Shown piece after piece: positions 36,811 through 49,826 of a stretch of 64,000 nucleotides of DNA. The DNA is from Squalus acanthias (lineage: Eukaryota). The notes beneath the pieces were generated by a model. That model was not told the origin of the DNA, searched no databases, and worked only from the letters and a program-made list of their open reading frames with translations. Position 1 is the stretch's first letter, and each line of letters opens with the position of its first letter. The stretch covers positions 15,500,001 through 15,564,000 of the forward strand of contig CM059446.1 of assembly GCA_030390025.1 (NCBI GenBank), in the 5' to 3' direction. The translations under genes were made by a program, and so were the position numbers.

Positions 36811-38591
36811 GCGCTCTAAAGATGGAAAGGAGTGAACCCCTTATTTGAATTGTTTGTTACAGGACTGAGGGTTGGTGTATAAAACCCGTGTATAAGTAAC
36901 TATAAAGAAAAATGAAAAAGGGTTAAAATCTGTGATAACAAACTTAGCTAAGAGGTGTAATCTACTATATTATAACTTTATCCTTCTGATTTTTAGGTGA
37001 ATTGTTATTAACTTGCAGTATCAGGTTTATTCTGTATCAGCAGAGTGAGTTAAAATTAAATTAAAAATTTCTGCTCGGCTGCAATTTTGAGGTCGTTTTT
37101 GACAATTGCATCTGATTTGTTAAAGCAGTCTTTTCAATTCCTGGGTAACATGAGCTCCAAATTAGGAAATGAGTAGTTATGATTGGGGTAATCCCTCCTA
37201 TTTAAACCCCCACCACAACCAACCCTTCCTTCCTGGGAATGGAAAAGAGGGAGCAGGTCTAAGTAAGTAATCAAGAGTAGGATAGCATAGTGAGATAATG
37301 CATTGACTGCAATAATCTCATTGAGAAGTTGCAATTGTGTCATGACTCTTAAACTGTTCAAAGTTCTTTTTTTTTAATCAACAATATTTCAATCCCAAGA
37401 TTTATTATTACCTTGCAATGCAGTCTAAAGTCTGCTATTCGCTGATGTATAGAAACCAAAGAATTTCTTAGTTTTCTGTTTCTCGTCAGAAGGGTTATCA
37501 TAGCAGATAGCAATGGAGGCTTAAATCCTGTAATCAAATAGAGATTTGAGAAGCAACAATATTATCCCATGTGCCTTAACAAGAAATTATATTAGAACTT
37601 CACTGAATAATACAGGAGAATATAATAGCTTTTATATACCTAGCCCAAGTTTTGTTTGACTCTTCTAAAGATTATTATTGCTGGATTGCTTGGTACATAT
37701 CCATTATGTTTCGAATGCTGACTTTTGGTACATTTTTCCAGTGATGAAAGCATAAACCCATACATCATTAAAAAAAAATCAATATAGCATACTGAAACAT
37801 CATTCTATTGGAACAAACGTGCAGTTATTTATTGAACTACTTCTGGGATAAAGGTGGAGTGATTACTACATTTTCCACACTGATATTTATTAAGATGGAG
37901 TATCGTCTAGTAATCTTCATATGCACTTCTTTTGGCAAGGTTCAAGGTTGCTGACGCCTCCTTAGTAGCAAAAGCAATCGTTCAATAATTCAGACCTATT
38001 TTGATAGAAAATTAAACCTGTATCAAAAGCTTAACCGCAAAGGCACAATCTATAACAGTCCTTAATAAAACCTATTTGATCCCTCGAAATGGGGTAATCG
38101 ATTGTGCTTTTCAAAGTAAATTTCTGTACTGTTGTCCTGCTGCAAGCAGGCCTTTTCTATTTTAGTAGCAGATGGAAAAACTGACGTTTTGCTTTGGGAA
38201 GTTGAGCATTCTATTAAATTTTGTAGAAAAATAATATAAAATGTAACCTGAGCTGACTGAACTATTTTGTGGGCTGAGAGAACCATGTATAGCACAGTGC
38301 TGGACTTTGTTCATTGCTGAGTACAGTAGGTCGACTAAAAACATATCCACTGAGGCAAATTGATGTGGAAACTGTTGAATGTGCCAAAATGAATGAGTTA
38401 AATTGATAAATTGTGTGATACATTTTTAAAGCAAATAGTTTGCATAATGGGTGAATATGGTGCATACTTTCTGTGATTTGTAATGAAAACTTTTTATGAT
38501 GCATAGCCCTTTTTTTTAACATGATGTTAGATTGATTGTCACACTTGTTGTACGGCAAAAAAATTAAATGAAGAAAACCTCTTGTTTCTAG

Positions 38592-38700
38592 CCCCGTGCA
38601 AATCCCTTTCCAATCTGCAGTTTCTGCTTGGGGACAAAGGAATACAATCGAGAAAAAAAGCCAGAAGATCTCATCTCCTGTGCAGACTGTGGTAGCAGTG
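38592..38700 (+). CDS. KAT6B: KAT6B coding exon, PHD1 N-terminal half (about human exon 4)
   Basis: Acceptor ttgtttctag|CCC, donor AGTG|gtgagt, 109 nt. Translates [36 protein letters not shown](G). Not present in the ORF track. Confidence 0.96.
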
Positions 38701-39284
38701 GTGAGTTGAATCATTTATACATCAGTAATTCAACAAACGAAAAAAGGTTTTGCGTTGGGGGGATTTCATCTTCCAGCAGCATTCATTGTAAGATTTTTTT
38801 CTAAATTAACATGCCGAATTTTAAGCACAGTTCACATATGCATCCCGTTGTGATGCTCAGCAGGCATTTGTTGCATTTCAGGCTTGGATGCTGTTCCTTA
38901 ACAGAAATTCTATTCAACATGGTTTCATGTGGGGGAAAAATCATGAAAATGGACTCAATTAAAACCTAGTTGATATTGGGAATGCATGAAGAGAGAGAGA
39001 AGCAGACAGATAAGAAATGTAAACCCCTCCTCCAGTTACACTGCCAAGTTTGTACCAGAATCAATCCAGAACCCAGTTGTCAATATTAAATTTTGGATCT
39101 CCAAAAAAATGATTTATGTTGGTCACCTATTCCTGCCACTAGTGATGATGTATCTTTGTTGGTGTCCATATCTGCAATAACTAGATTTTAAAAGTCCAGG
39201 TCTGTGTTGATGTGTAAAAGCTGCAGACTTAGAAACTGTATCTAACATAGGTAAACTGTAGTCCTACTAGATACAACATCTACT

Positions 39285-39710
39285 TACAGTCTTTCATGTA
39301 GCAAAACATCCCACGGTGCTTTACAGAGATGATTAGGGAATCTGAGCAGGAAGTGGGAGAGAAGTTAGGGGAAGTGGCTGAAGGTACAGTCAGAGAAATC
39401 GAATATTGAATTGTGGAGGAAGAGAGAAAAGGTAGAAAGGAGGAAGGGTTTAGGAAGAGACGTGGCCCACTGGCACAGAGCCGATGGAGCTCATGAGGCT
39501 AATGAGGAGACTGAGAAATCAAGACTAGGGATGAGGGTTTGGGCAGTGTTGGGAAAGGTAGAGATTCGGGAAGGCGATGTTGTTGAGGCGGAAGTCAGCA
39601 GGACTAGATGTGGGGATTGAAGCTCAGTTCAGAATTCAACAGGATAGTGGAGTTATTCAGGGTGTGGTGTGCCAGCATCTGGGAAGAGGGATGAAACTGG
39701 CCTCTGAAAT
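39285..39710 (-). mobile_element. Highly decayed L2 fragments
   Basis: Similarity to 15930-16100 and 16620-16800. Confidence 0.5.
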
Positions 39711-40544
39711 ACAAGTTTACACAGTGAAAGAAGTCTACGAGATTAAAAATAAGAATAAATGTGAGCTTGCAGAATAACCAGTGAGAGAAGCAGCTAGAAA
39801 AAAGTGTCAGAAAATGATTATGGGGTTTTGTGTTCAGGATGAAGATAATCTCTCACTTCTAGTTTTAAGGAGTTATCTTAACTTGAGAATGATTTGTAAA
39901 GTGACCATCTGTCTCATAAGCACTTAACTATTGGGGGAGATTTTTGCCTTTACCGTCTGGGAGTTAACCATCGCCTTGGTAAAGCGCAGATGGAACATCT
40001 GGCGGGAGGATTGCATGTCCCTTACAAAACTTGTCTGATTTTCCTTCCATTAATTTCTGAAGAAAGCAAGTCAGGTGGGTTTTGTTACCAGCATATGATC
40101 CTCCCTGCCAGATTTTCCTTTTTGCATTTTGAGAGTTGTCTGCATTGAGAGAGGTCAAATCATATGACAAACTCTGTTTGGGGATAAGTATTGACTGTGG
40201 GAAGGTATCGAACCTGTTGAATCATTCAAGAATGGCACAAATGACGGTGCAGACGGTGAGTGCCAGAATTACTTCAGTATGAAGTATATGTTCATTGACA
40301 TAGGGAAGTTACTTGGAGGTATGTAAAATATGCAGATACATGACCTGGATAAATTACTGGATATTGTGTAAGGATCCTCGACAAAAACCAGAAGACAGAG
40401 TAAATGATGTATGAAAGAGAAAGGAGCAGAGCAGTAATCTGGAGACAGTCTGTCTGGAAAACCTATTTTCTGCTTTTGCTTTTTTTCTCTTCTACAATGT
40501 AAAACTTTCTTATTTCTTTCAACCTCTTGTTTTTAAGTCCCCCC

Positions 40545-40720
40545 AGGCCCCGTGAATAGATCAGAGCCGTCTGCTGCCTCATCCCCACTGTCTGAAATTC
40601 TTTCCCTGAAACCCTCCATTACCACCTCTCTCCCCATCTCTTTGACCTAAAGCTTCAGTCAGTTCCCCCCAACTGTTCTACTACTGGGTGTCTATTTCTC
40701 CAATGTGAGATGCCTTTGGA
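40545..40720 (+). mobile_element. Decayed L2 3' end
   Basis: ctgaaattctttccctgaaaccctcc..tttgacctaaagcttcagtca..gtgagatgcctttggacg. Confidence 0.55.
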
Positions 40721-40723
40721 CGA

Positions 40724-40905
40724 TTACTGGATTCAAATCCAGTCCAAAATGCAGGGACTATAGTCTCCTGTCCAACTGCTGAAAGAGTCCCATAGGTGTT
40801 TGAGCAGGTTCATCAGTCTTAGTCTAGTATCTATTAAGCATGAGTGTACAACACAAAACGACTCAAAATTTAGCATTCATTGGCTTTCTAACCCAGATCA
40901 TAAGA
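40724..40905 (+). mobile_element. LF-SINE-like fragment
   Basis: actggattcaaatccagtcca (B box) and gtcttagtctagtatcta..acaacacaaaac..aatttagcattcattggc resemble the LF-SINE consensus as I recall it. Confidence 0.5.
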
Positions 40906-42970
40906 AAGTATCAAAGAGGAAACTGAAAGATTCATACCAAAGCAATAGTAGAAAGTTCTTCCATGGTTAATATTAAGCTGGATTAATGAGACCAACTATG
41001 ATCATTTTACACTGCATCTAACTTAGTCCTGATACTCGATGGCAAAACTAGACAAGTTGGTAAGTGATGATTCTGGTTGCAATTTTGGGAAAAATCATGG
41101 TTTAAAAAATACCAAAGTTCAAGGATAAATCATTATAAAAATGACCAACAGTTGTTTTCATTTTGCTCGAGGTGTTGCATTTCAGAGCAGTGGGTCCTAC
41201 TTACTTTTGGGGATTATATTGGGCCCTGATCTGAACCTGGAACATGCAGATGAAATTACTGGAGATGGGTTTTTTTCAGGAGGGGTTGAAGTATGTTCTG
41301 ATGGGGGAGCAGTTAGTTGGGGTAGGTTTGCTGCCAGGTTTGGTGCACCTTGGAGGATTTTGCATGGTTTTTCGGGAAAGGGGGTGGGGTTGAGGGGGTA
41401 ATCCCCTCTAGTTTCCGACAACAGGCAGTGGAAATAATTCTTCCCTATTACCTCATCAAAATATCTCATCATAAAACATGGTTGATTTGAAAAGATATGA
41501 AATCTGCAGTATAGTCAACTTGGAACAGCAAATCAGAACGACACTGACAACTTGTGTATAGTGTGCTTGTACAGTTTGTTGGAGAGGCTATTTACTTTTC
41601 ACAATAGAAATAAAGCAAACAGCAAACAAATAATCAAATGCAAAACAAGAATCTGAGAAATAAGCAAAATTAGCTAGATATGTAAATTGCACAAACTTTG
41701 CAAATGAAATGAAAAATTAAGCCATAAATGAAATAAATACAGCATGTGGCTTGAATTGGAAAGAAAAGGAGAAAATGAAATCCAGTTCCTAACGGAGCTG
41801 AGTTCACAGGGTTTTTAAAAAAAAATGAAAAATTTAGTAGTCATAAAAACAACTATGGAGCACAATAGTGCCGTATATTGATGATTTAATGTGCATCAAC
41901 ATAGACCAGTAAGGTTTGTTTGCCCATGATTTTATGTGGCACATTCTAGCTGTGTAGTCAGAAATACTTTGCAGAGATGAGATACTTCAGAGGGAGGGAG
42001 AATCAGTCAGTGAATCACTGGAGCTGCTCTTGCACACCTCCTGTTGGCTTGGCCAAGAGTAACACTGACAGTGCCTGAATGGAAAGAAACTCAGATCCTC
42101 CCATGTCTAAATATGCTCATAATGTTTTATGGAGCTTATTACTCCATTATATGGACTTTTCCACTAGTATGAATTTAACGACATTATGAGAGACTGGTGG
42201 ATGATTAGAATTAGAAAGTGCAGAAGAGGAATGTTTTTGTTCAAATGAGGATAAAAACGGTACTTTTTTCATGATGACTTTAAGCTAAATGGAACAAAGC
42301 ACAAGTAATTTATATTTGACATTTTCTTTTGATGCCATCAATGCAACTTCACTGTTAAAAATTATTTTAAACTCGATCATACATTCTCTTACATGTCAGT
42401 TGTTTGTAGCCCAACATTTTTATCAATGGCAATAGCAAGAAAAATGTCATTATGATATGCATTAATGTTAACATTTTTGTTTTCTTTTGTCTATTGCTGG
42501 TAACCAAATGGTCAAATTTGACTTTCAGAATATTTTTGAAAACTTGTAAATGTAATGAGCTCGAGTTGAGACTTGATTGTGTAAAATAGATCTCCAGTAG
42601 TTATGGGAGAAGATGTGAGGTTTTGTAGACGAATCTTTACATGACTTTCATGGATCGACTTACATTTGAATTAATGCTGATACCCGTTCTGCCTCATTAA
42701 GATCAAATTATCTTTAATTAGCTGCACAGATGTATTGGGTGATGCAGTGGTTTCTGCAAGAACACTGAAATGTGGAATCGCATACTTAGCAATATTGATA
42801 AGACATGTTAATCTATTATACCTTACTAACAGAACTCATGCATGTTTTTTTCAATAACAGGTTTTTTTTTAATAAAGGAGAGATTTAATGAAGTTTAATA
42901 GTCATGGTTCGGCTGTTCCAGAGTATTAATAAAATTCTTGTGCAAGGCAGCTAACAGATTTATTAGTGGG

Positions 42971-43081
42971 ATAGCAAAATACTGCGGATGCTGGAAATCC
43001 GAAATAACAACAGAAAACGCTGGAAAAACTCAGCAGGCCAAGCAGCATCCGTGGAGAGAGAAACAGAGTTAACATTTCAGG
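42971..43081 (-). mobile_element. 111-bp truncated Penelope pLTR insertion with a 12-bp TSD
   Basis: TSD tttattagtggg at 42959-42970 and 43082-43093. Near-identical to 5609-5719; truncated inside the hammerhead. Confidence 0.9.
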
Positions 43082-44119
43082 TTTATTAGTGGGGTGGTTT
43101 ATGTAGAATTGTGTCCATTTTTGTATTTTTAATTTCCAATACATTGTATCAATACACAGAAAGCTACAGTACTGTTAATACAGACTATGCAATGTGCATG
43201 GTCATTCACGGGCTGGAAACTTTATTGATGAGAGGTTTTTTTATCTGTTACAATACTGTGCGTGATATAGGAAAATAGTTTGGTTTGGCATTTGAAACCA
43301 TTGGTAAAGTCTGTTCTAGGTCGTCAAAAGCATTTGATTAAAATTTGGCCAAAAACTAATACTCCTGTACGTGACACCAATGTCAGCGGGATTTTGTCTG
43401 TTTTCTCATTGTCGTAGAATGCTCACTAACATCGAGTATCAACAAATAGCTTAACAGTGCATACATTAATGGCAGATTGCTTTGCCCGCCGTAAAAATCC
43501 GAGTATTGTGTCAAATGTCTCTTCAGCGCTCATTTCAAAAATTGGCATCAGCTTTTTTTTATACCTAGAATTACATGCCTTTTTGGAATTCAGCACCACA
43601 GTCTCTCTCATTTCTATTTTTATGCCAGTTGTTAATCCAAATATGCATCACTTTCTTTTGTTCAAAATGTTACTACCTCTTATGAAGCCATGGTCTCTTG
43701 ACCGCATATTCTACATAAAGCATTGGGTTTTAATCTGTTTTACTTTGTGATGGTATGGTGAAATGTTAAGTACTCAACTGCATGTATGTGATTTTTTTAA
43801 TATGTCTGAAAAAAATTCCAGATTCCTTTGCAACAATTAATTTGCTTATCTAATTCTACTTATACTTAGGGGGAGGGTAGCACATTGTGTAACTTAAAAT
43901 TATACCTCCAATAGATCACCGTGATCCCAAACCTGCAACATAATGAAGGAGGCACTGTACCTATGTACCCAGACAAGTGTGCTCCTTCTGTTTAATCATA
44001 CAAACTTATTTTTCTTAGTATATTATTGGGTGGTTTGCTGCTTGAATACTGAAATACCATAGCCATTATATTTTGTTTGTGGATTGCCCAAGTAACACTG
44101 TGCATACTTCTTCTGTTGG

Positions 44120-44370
44120 TATTTATATGGTGCCTTTCCCAAGGCACTTCAGAGGCGTAATCAGACAAAAATGAACACCAAGCTAAGATGATATTGGGAT
44201 GGGTGACCAAAATCTTAGTCCAAGAGGTGGGTTTTAAGGAGGGCCTTAAAGAAGGAGAAGGAGGTGGAATGATGGAGAGGCAGTGGGGTTTAGGGAGGAA
44301 ATTCCAGAGTGTGGGGCCTAACCGACTGAAGGCACGGCCACCAATGGTGGGGCAAAGGGGAGGATGCACA
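44120..44370 (-). mobile_element. L2 3' fragment
   Basis: Peptide PTIGGRAFSRLGPTLWNFLPK. Confidence 0.8.
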
Positions 44371-45105
44371 AACGGTCAACATCACAGTCAGTTGAACCAT
44401 AAAGAATATATTTTTAAATGTGATATTTTTCTTTTTGGGTTCATTTGTTTTGTGGCAGACCTGGCCATGTACAAAAAAAATCAAACTTGTGTGGATATTT
44501 GTAGATTGTGGACTAATTGAGGAACTAAACTCTATTTGTAGAAAATGCCTTTTTAACACAGAAAATAGGCAGTTTGTGATCTTTTTCACCCAGGCAGGGC
44601 TCAAAATCCCATTTTTTTTTTAAACGAAGTACTTGCTACAGAGCAAGCAACATTTGGCATTTTATATAAACCAGAAAATGAAGCAGTGATCATTAATATT
44701 ATTAAAACTTATTCTGACAGCAAATGAAAATAATGTTCAAATATAAATCATCATGAGTTAGTTAAATGACAGCATAATGGCTTCTTTGAATTAAAAAAAA
44801 AATACTTTGCACCTCTTTTCATTTAAAATCCGAGCTTTCCATTGCCAAAGCTAATATTGTTTTAATGAAAATTGTGCAGTATTTTAAATGATACAGTTGG
44901 CATTCACATTACTTTCAGTTTCTGTCAAATCAGTTATAATATTTTTTACTCCTGCACCCTTTGCTTCTCTCTCTTTCTTCACTTTTTACTATTTCTCATT
45001 TCCTCAAGTTTTTTTAACTTGTTTTCTCTGCCTTTCTCTTGCATGCTTTCTTGCGCATGCCTTCTCTACCCTCTCTTGTCTTCTCGGTATTGTCTTCCCT
45101 CTATT

Positions 45106-45110
<5 letters not shown>

Positions 45111-45150
<40 letters not shown>

Positions 45151-45500
45151 TCCACTCACTTTCTCTCGTTTTCCATCTTGTGTTCTCTCTCTCGTTCTCT
45201 CTCTCCCTTGCGTGTTCTCGTTCTCTCTCCCTCGCACGTTCTCTCGCACGTTCTCATTCTCTCTCTCTCCCTCGCGCGTTCTCGTTCTCTCTCCCTCTCC
45301 CTCACGCATTCTCGTTCTCTCTCCCTCGCAAGTTCTCTCTCTCCCTCGTTCTCTCTCTCCCTCGCGCGTTCTCTCTCTCCCTCTCCCTCACGCATTCTCG
45401 TTCTCTCTCCCTCGCGAGTTCTCGTTCTCTCCCTCGTTCTCTCCCTCGCGCGTTCTCATTCTCTCTCTCCCTCTCCCTCACGCGTTCTCTCTCTCCGTCT
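45111..45500. repeat. (CT)n microsatellite grading into a CT-rich degenerate minisatellite
   Basis: Recurring ctctctccctcgcgcgttctcgtt-like units. Explains the L/S-rich and R/E-rich ORFs at 44872-45645. Confidence 0.92.
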
Positions 45501-46072
45501 CTTATGTCCCCCCTCACTCTCATTCACTTTCAGTTTTCCTTTTGTTCTGTCTGTAGCTCTCTATCACACATTCTTTGCGAAAGAAAGGGTATTCTTACTT
45601 CCAGAATTAGTTATTTTATTTAGTCTGCTTTATTTTGCCAAGTAACTAGATTCTCTCTTTCTACTACTTCCTGAGGACAGTGGGTGGAACTCTTTGTGCA
45701 CCAACAACCCTCCAGTATCTTACCCCAATGTAAGCCTGGCCAGTGAGTGTAAGGAAGCTAATTGGATCATAGCTGAGTCCAGTCCTGTTCCTGGCATCAC
45801 CCCATGTGTATATGCACACACGAGGGGAATCGTTTCTGATTTTCTCTTTTGAGGAAACTTGTGGCATCCTAGTACTACTGTGGCTGAGTCAGCATGGGTG
45901 AGGGATCAAATTTGGCAATATTTTAGATAATTTAATACCATACCATGTGGTGCATTTACCCAATGAGCCATCATGAGAAACATTGCAAGATAAGCTTACA
46001 GTAACACTAAATAACTACAGGCAGTACTCCTGTACTAAGATCAGCTATTAAAATCATCTTTCTCTTTTGAAG

Positions 46073-46188
46073 GGCATCCATCGTGTTTAAAATTCTCTCC
46101 AGAGTTAACAGCCCATGTGAAGACCTTAAGATGGCAATGTATTGAGTGCAAGACTTGCAGTGCCTGTCGAGATCAAGGAAAAAATGCT
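46073..46188 (+). CDS. KAT6B: KAT6B coding exon, PHD1 end and PHD2 start
   Basis: Acceptor tctcttttgaag|GG, donor GCT|gtgagt, 116 nt. Translates (G)[38 protein letters not shown]. Confidence 0.96.
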
Positions 46189-46529
46189 GTGAGTATTTGT
46201 TCAGTGATAATTTGTAGTGTAACATTTCTTCCCCCCCCCACCCCCGTCCCCCCAAAAAAATTCTTGCTCCACATATTTTGTGCAGAAAAAAGTAAAGGAA
46301 ATTTAATGTTCTTCCCCCCCACCCCCCCCCCCCCCCAACTTCCCTCACAAAAGTTTGGCACCAGCAAGGAGAATCGCAAAGGGTGCTATCTGCTGAAAAT
46401 GTTTTTTGCCCTTAACCATGTGACTCTTGTCTTCTGACACTATGAATAAAGGATGCTCCTCCAGGTATCATATGTTTTTTGCCCCATTACAGGCTTCAGA
46501 CATTTCTTCTTAGCTTCTTGCATTGGCAT

Positions 46530-46755
46530 TGTATAGCATCTTTCACAATCTCAGGATGTCTGAAAGCACTTCACAGTCAATGAAGTACTTTCGAAGTGTA
46601 GTCACTGGTGCAATTTAGGGAAGCACTACATCCAATTTCTACACAGCAAAATCCCCAAAACAGGAATGAGATAAATGAACAGATAATTTGTTTTAATGAT
46701 GTTGGTTGAAGGTTAAATGTTGCCAGGACATCGGGAGAATTCCCCTGCTCCTTCA
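46530..46755 (-). mobile_element. SacSINE1-like 3' half
   Basis: Reverse-complement similarity to 33670-33760. Confidence 0.7.
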
Positions 46756-47169
46756 TCATGTATAGTTTTAGTCTGTTTCTGGCATCAGGTGTCGTTTAAG
46801 TTATCTAGTCCCTGGAATTTTATATGTTTCAGCCTCCACAGAATTCCCTTCCTCCCTCCCTCTTATGTGCTCTGTCTCCCCCTCTCTCATGTTCTCTCTC
46901 CCTCTCTCGTGTGCTCTTTCTCTTCCTCTCATGATCTCTCTCGCCTCCTCTCCGTTTCAGCCACCACAGAATTTTTGGGTGTTTATTAACCTCTTCAGTT
47001 CTTTCCTTTGTTTGTGGCTCCATCATCAGAAATGCAGGTGTTGTCAGAACTAGAGCTTTCTTTCTGCAAGTGTTAAACACAAGTACTTTTGTGCATCTCG
47101 GAGCTATGAAACCTACTCCCATCTAATGTGACCAAGTCCTTCTCTGAAGACTCTGTAGTTGATGTAAAT

Positions 47170-47326
47170 ATCAAAATTTCAGAACTGAGATGGATAGATT
47201 TTGGTTTGGTAAAGGTATTAAGGGATATGGAGCGAAGGTAAATGGAGTTGAGATACAGATCAGCCATGATCTAATTGAATAGAGGAACAGGCTGGAGGGG
47301 CTGAATGGCTTATTCCTGTTCCTATG
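47170..47326 (+). mobile_element. CR1 3' end fragment
   Basis: Reverse-complement similarity to 2470-2630; ends ttcctgttcctatg. Confidence 0.78.
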
Positions 47327-48690
47327 AAGAGAATAGATTTTTCAGCTAGCCAGTGTCAGGTCCTTCAGCCAATTTGATACCAAAGTGGCTCGAGTCTTGA
47401 ACATTCAGATCACTTAAACTCCTGTTGAGGGAGTGGTTCAGCAATGTCACCCCTTCAAAACCCAGTGCTCCAGTCTTCAGTGTTCCTCATGAATAGGTGA
47501 ATTGCAGCACGTGTGGAATGGCATGAGTCAAAACTTTCTGTCACCAGCTGCATTTCTAGGTTCCTTGAAGGTAGCATGAAGATCCTGCAAGCTCTGACAC
47601 TCAGTGCATTCTATCTGCACTATAAATTTGGGACGTTCCTTGTTTTTAGTGCTGATAACATATCTGGCTGAAATGGACTCGACCCTCGTGTGGGTTAAAG
47701 GACTTAAGACTGCTTCCCCATAATAGCAGGGTGCAGTGGATGTTCTTCCTAGATCTTGGCACGTCATATCCTGCTCACAGTATCGGCTGCATTGTTGTTT
47801 AAGGCTATGTACTTCCGGTCTCCCTTCAGACAGTTAATCTGGAAAACATTTTTTAAAACTGTGGTTTTGAGCACTCCACCAATTTGGACCAAACAGCAAT
47901 TTTTGGATCCTTTTGCTGAAGAGGATTTGCTTTTTGGCTGATATTTTTTTTTGGGATTCAAATTCACGTGTCATCTCATCAAAAGGCAATACATAAAATC
48001 TTCGTGGTATGTATAATAAAGAAACAACTGAAATAACATGCTGCATTTTTAAAATGGAGAACGTCTCAAATGACCACGTGCCTATCCAGTTGGCTCCATT
48101 TTGCCGTTTTAAGGTAGTAGAGGAATGAGCTTTGATGGGCCAAATTGTCTTTTTTGATCATTGATTTTTCTTGTATTTAGGAGTTACTAGTTTCATATTT
48201 TTTGTAGTCCATTTCCAGCTGTTTTATGTATTGCTTTACATGTTCTATTGGGAAAATGAACTTTTAATGTTGTCATCCGCAGGGTCTATAGTGTTTTGTA
48301 TGACAATGCACATCTCTCTAACAAAAAATCCAAAGGGTGTTAAGGTGACATTGTAATAGTTTCAAGTTGCTGATAGATGAGAGGTTGCCATAACTGCAGA
48401 ATGGTTATTAGGATTTCCCTTCCACCTTGTAGTTTTGTTCAATATTTGTCATAAGTGTATAAATTACTTGACATTTTTAAACGAGCAAAATGTATTGGTG
48501 TGGTTCCAAAAAGATTGAGTTGAGTTAGCAAATTGATAAAAGTTCATAGTCATTATACTTTTCCTTTTATACTAGAATCAGATTCAAATTGATTACTTAG
48601 TAATTTTAGTACTTGGAGATACTTGAGTATAATTTAAAAACCTAAGTGAATTTATGTATTGAAGTACTTTGCAATTTTTCTCCCCTCTAG

Positions 48691-48930
<240 letters not shown>

Positions 48931-49196
48931 TAATCCGTTCTCCTCCCAATGAAATATTACTCCACTCTTGCAAAAGGACAGAATACCCCTTTTGTGCACA
49001 GATAGTGCTAATTTGTTTGAAGCCAAAATTACCTCCTAATGGTGGATAGTGTTCGCTGAGAGATATGAGAAAAAGCATTGAACAAGAAAAGCCCACTTGT
49101 CCCATCAAACTGTTCCTTACACAGATCACATACAATCTATCTTATTGTGAGCTTTTACCCCTCAAAATATTAGGAACCAATTATTAATTTGTTCTC

Positions 49197-49826
49197 AGAA
49201 AATGTTGGAAATACTCAGCCGGTCAGTCAGCATCTGTGGAGAGAGAAACAGAGTTAACGTTTTTGGTCGGTGACCCTTCGTCAGAACTGGAAAAAGCTGG
49301 AGATGGAACAGGTTTTTAAGCAAGTGTAAGGGGAGGGGAGGAAAGAACAAAAGGGAAGGTCTGTGATAGGATGGAAGGCAGGAGAGTTTAAGAGACAAAA
49401 GGGATGATGGTGCAAGGCAAAAGGAGATGGTAATGGGACAAGTTAAGAAACAAAAGATGACTCTAGATGAAGTGTAAATGGCAATGGCAGAATGATCGAT
49501 AGCTGCCATGTGAGAGAGAGAATGAAAAAAGATAGGGGCAGAGGTTATGGTTTGAAATTGTTGAACTCGATGTTGAGTCCAGAAGGTTGTAAAGTGCCGA
49601 ATAGAAAGATGAGGTGCTGTTCCTCGAGCTTACGTTGAGCTTCATTGGAACAGTGTAAGAGGCCAAGGACAGAGAGGTCAGAGTGGGAGTGGAGCGGAGA
49701 ATTAAAGTGACAGGCGACCGGAAGCTCGGGGTCACCCTTACGGACTGAACGGAGGTGTTCCGCAAAGCGGTCACCCAATCTGCGTTTTTATTTCAGATTT
49801 CCAGCATCCGCAGTATTTTGCTTTTG
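49197..49826. mobile_element. Penelope-like element, inverted and truncated, with a 15-bp TSD
   Basis: TSD tattaatttgttctc at 49182-49196 and 49827-49841. Minus-strand GIY-YIG C-terminus GDRFAEHLRSV..HFN..RKLEEQHLIFLFGTLQPSGLNIEF. Its hammerhead at about 49251-49290 has GAAA changed to AAAA. Confidence 0.92.

Noticed and set aside
1-38591. Additional KAT6B exons or nested genes in the many 60-150 aa ORFs
   Set aside because: None resembles KAT6B N-terminal sequence or any non-transposon protein I recognise. Non-coding exons or conserved enhancers cannot be excluded without alignments.
44872-45645. Long overlapping ORFs (257, 222 and 194 aa) and R/E-rich antisense ORFs
   Set aside because: They are translations of a stop-poor CT microsatellite and show no protein signature.
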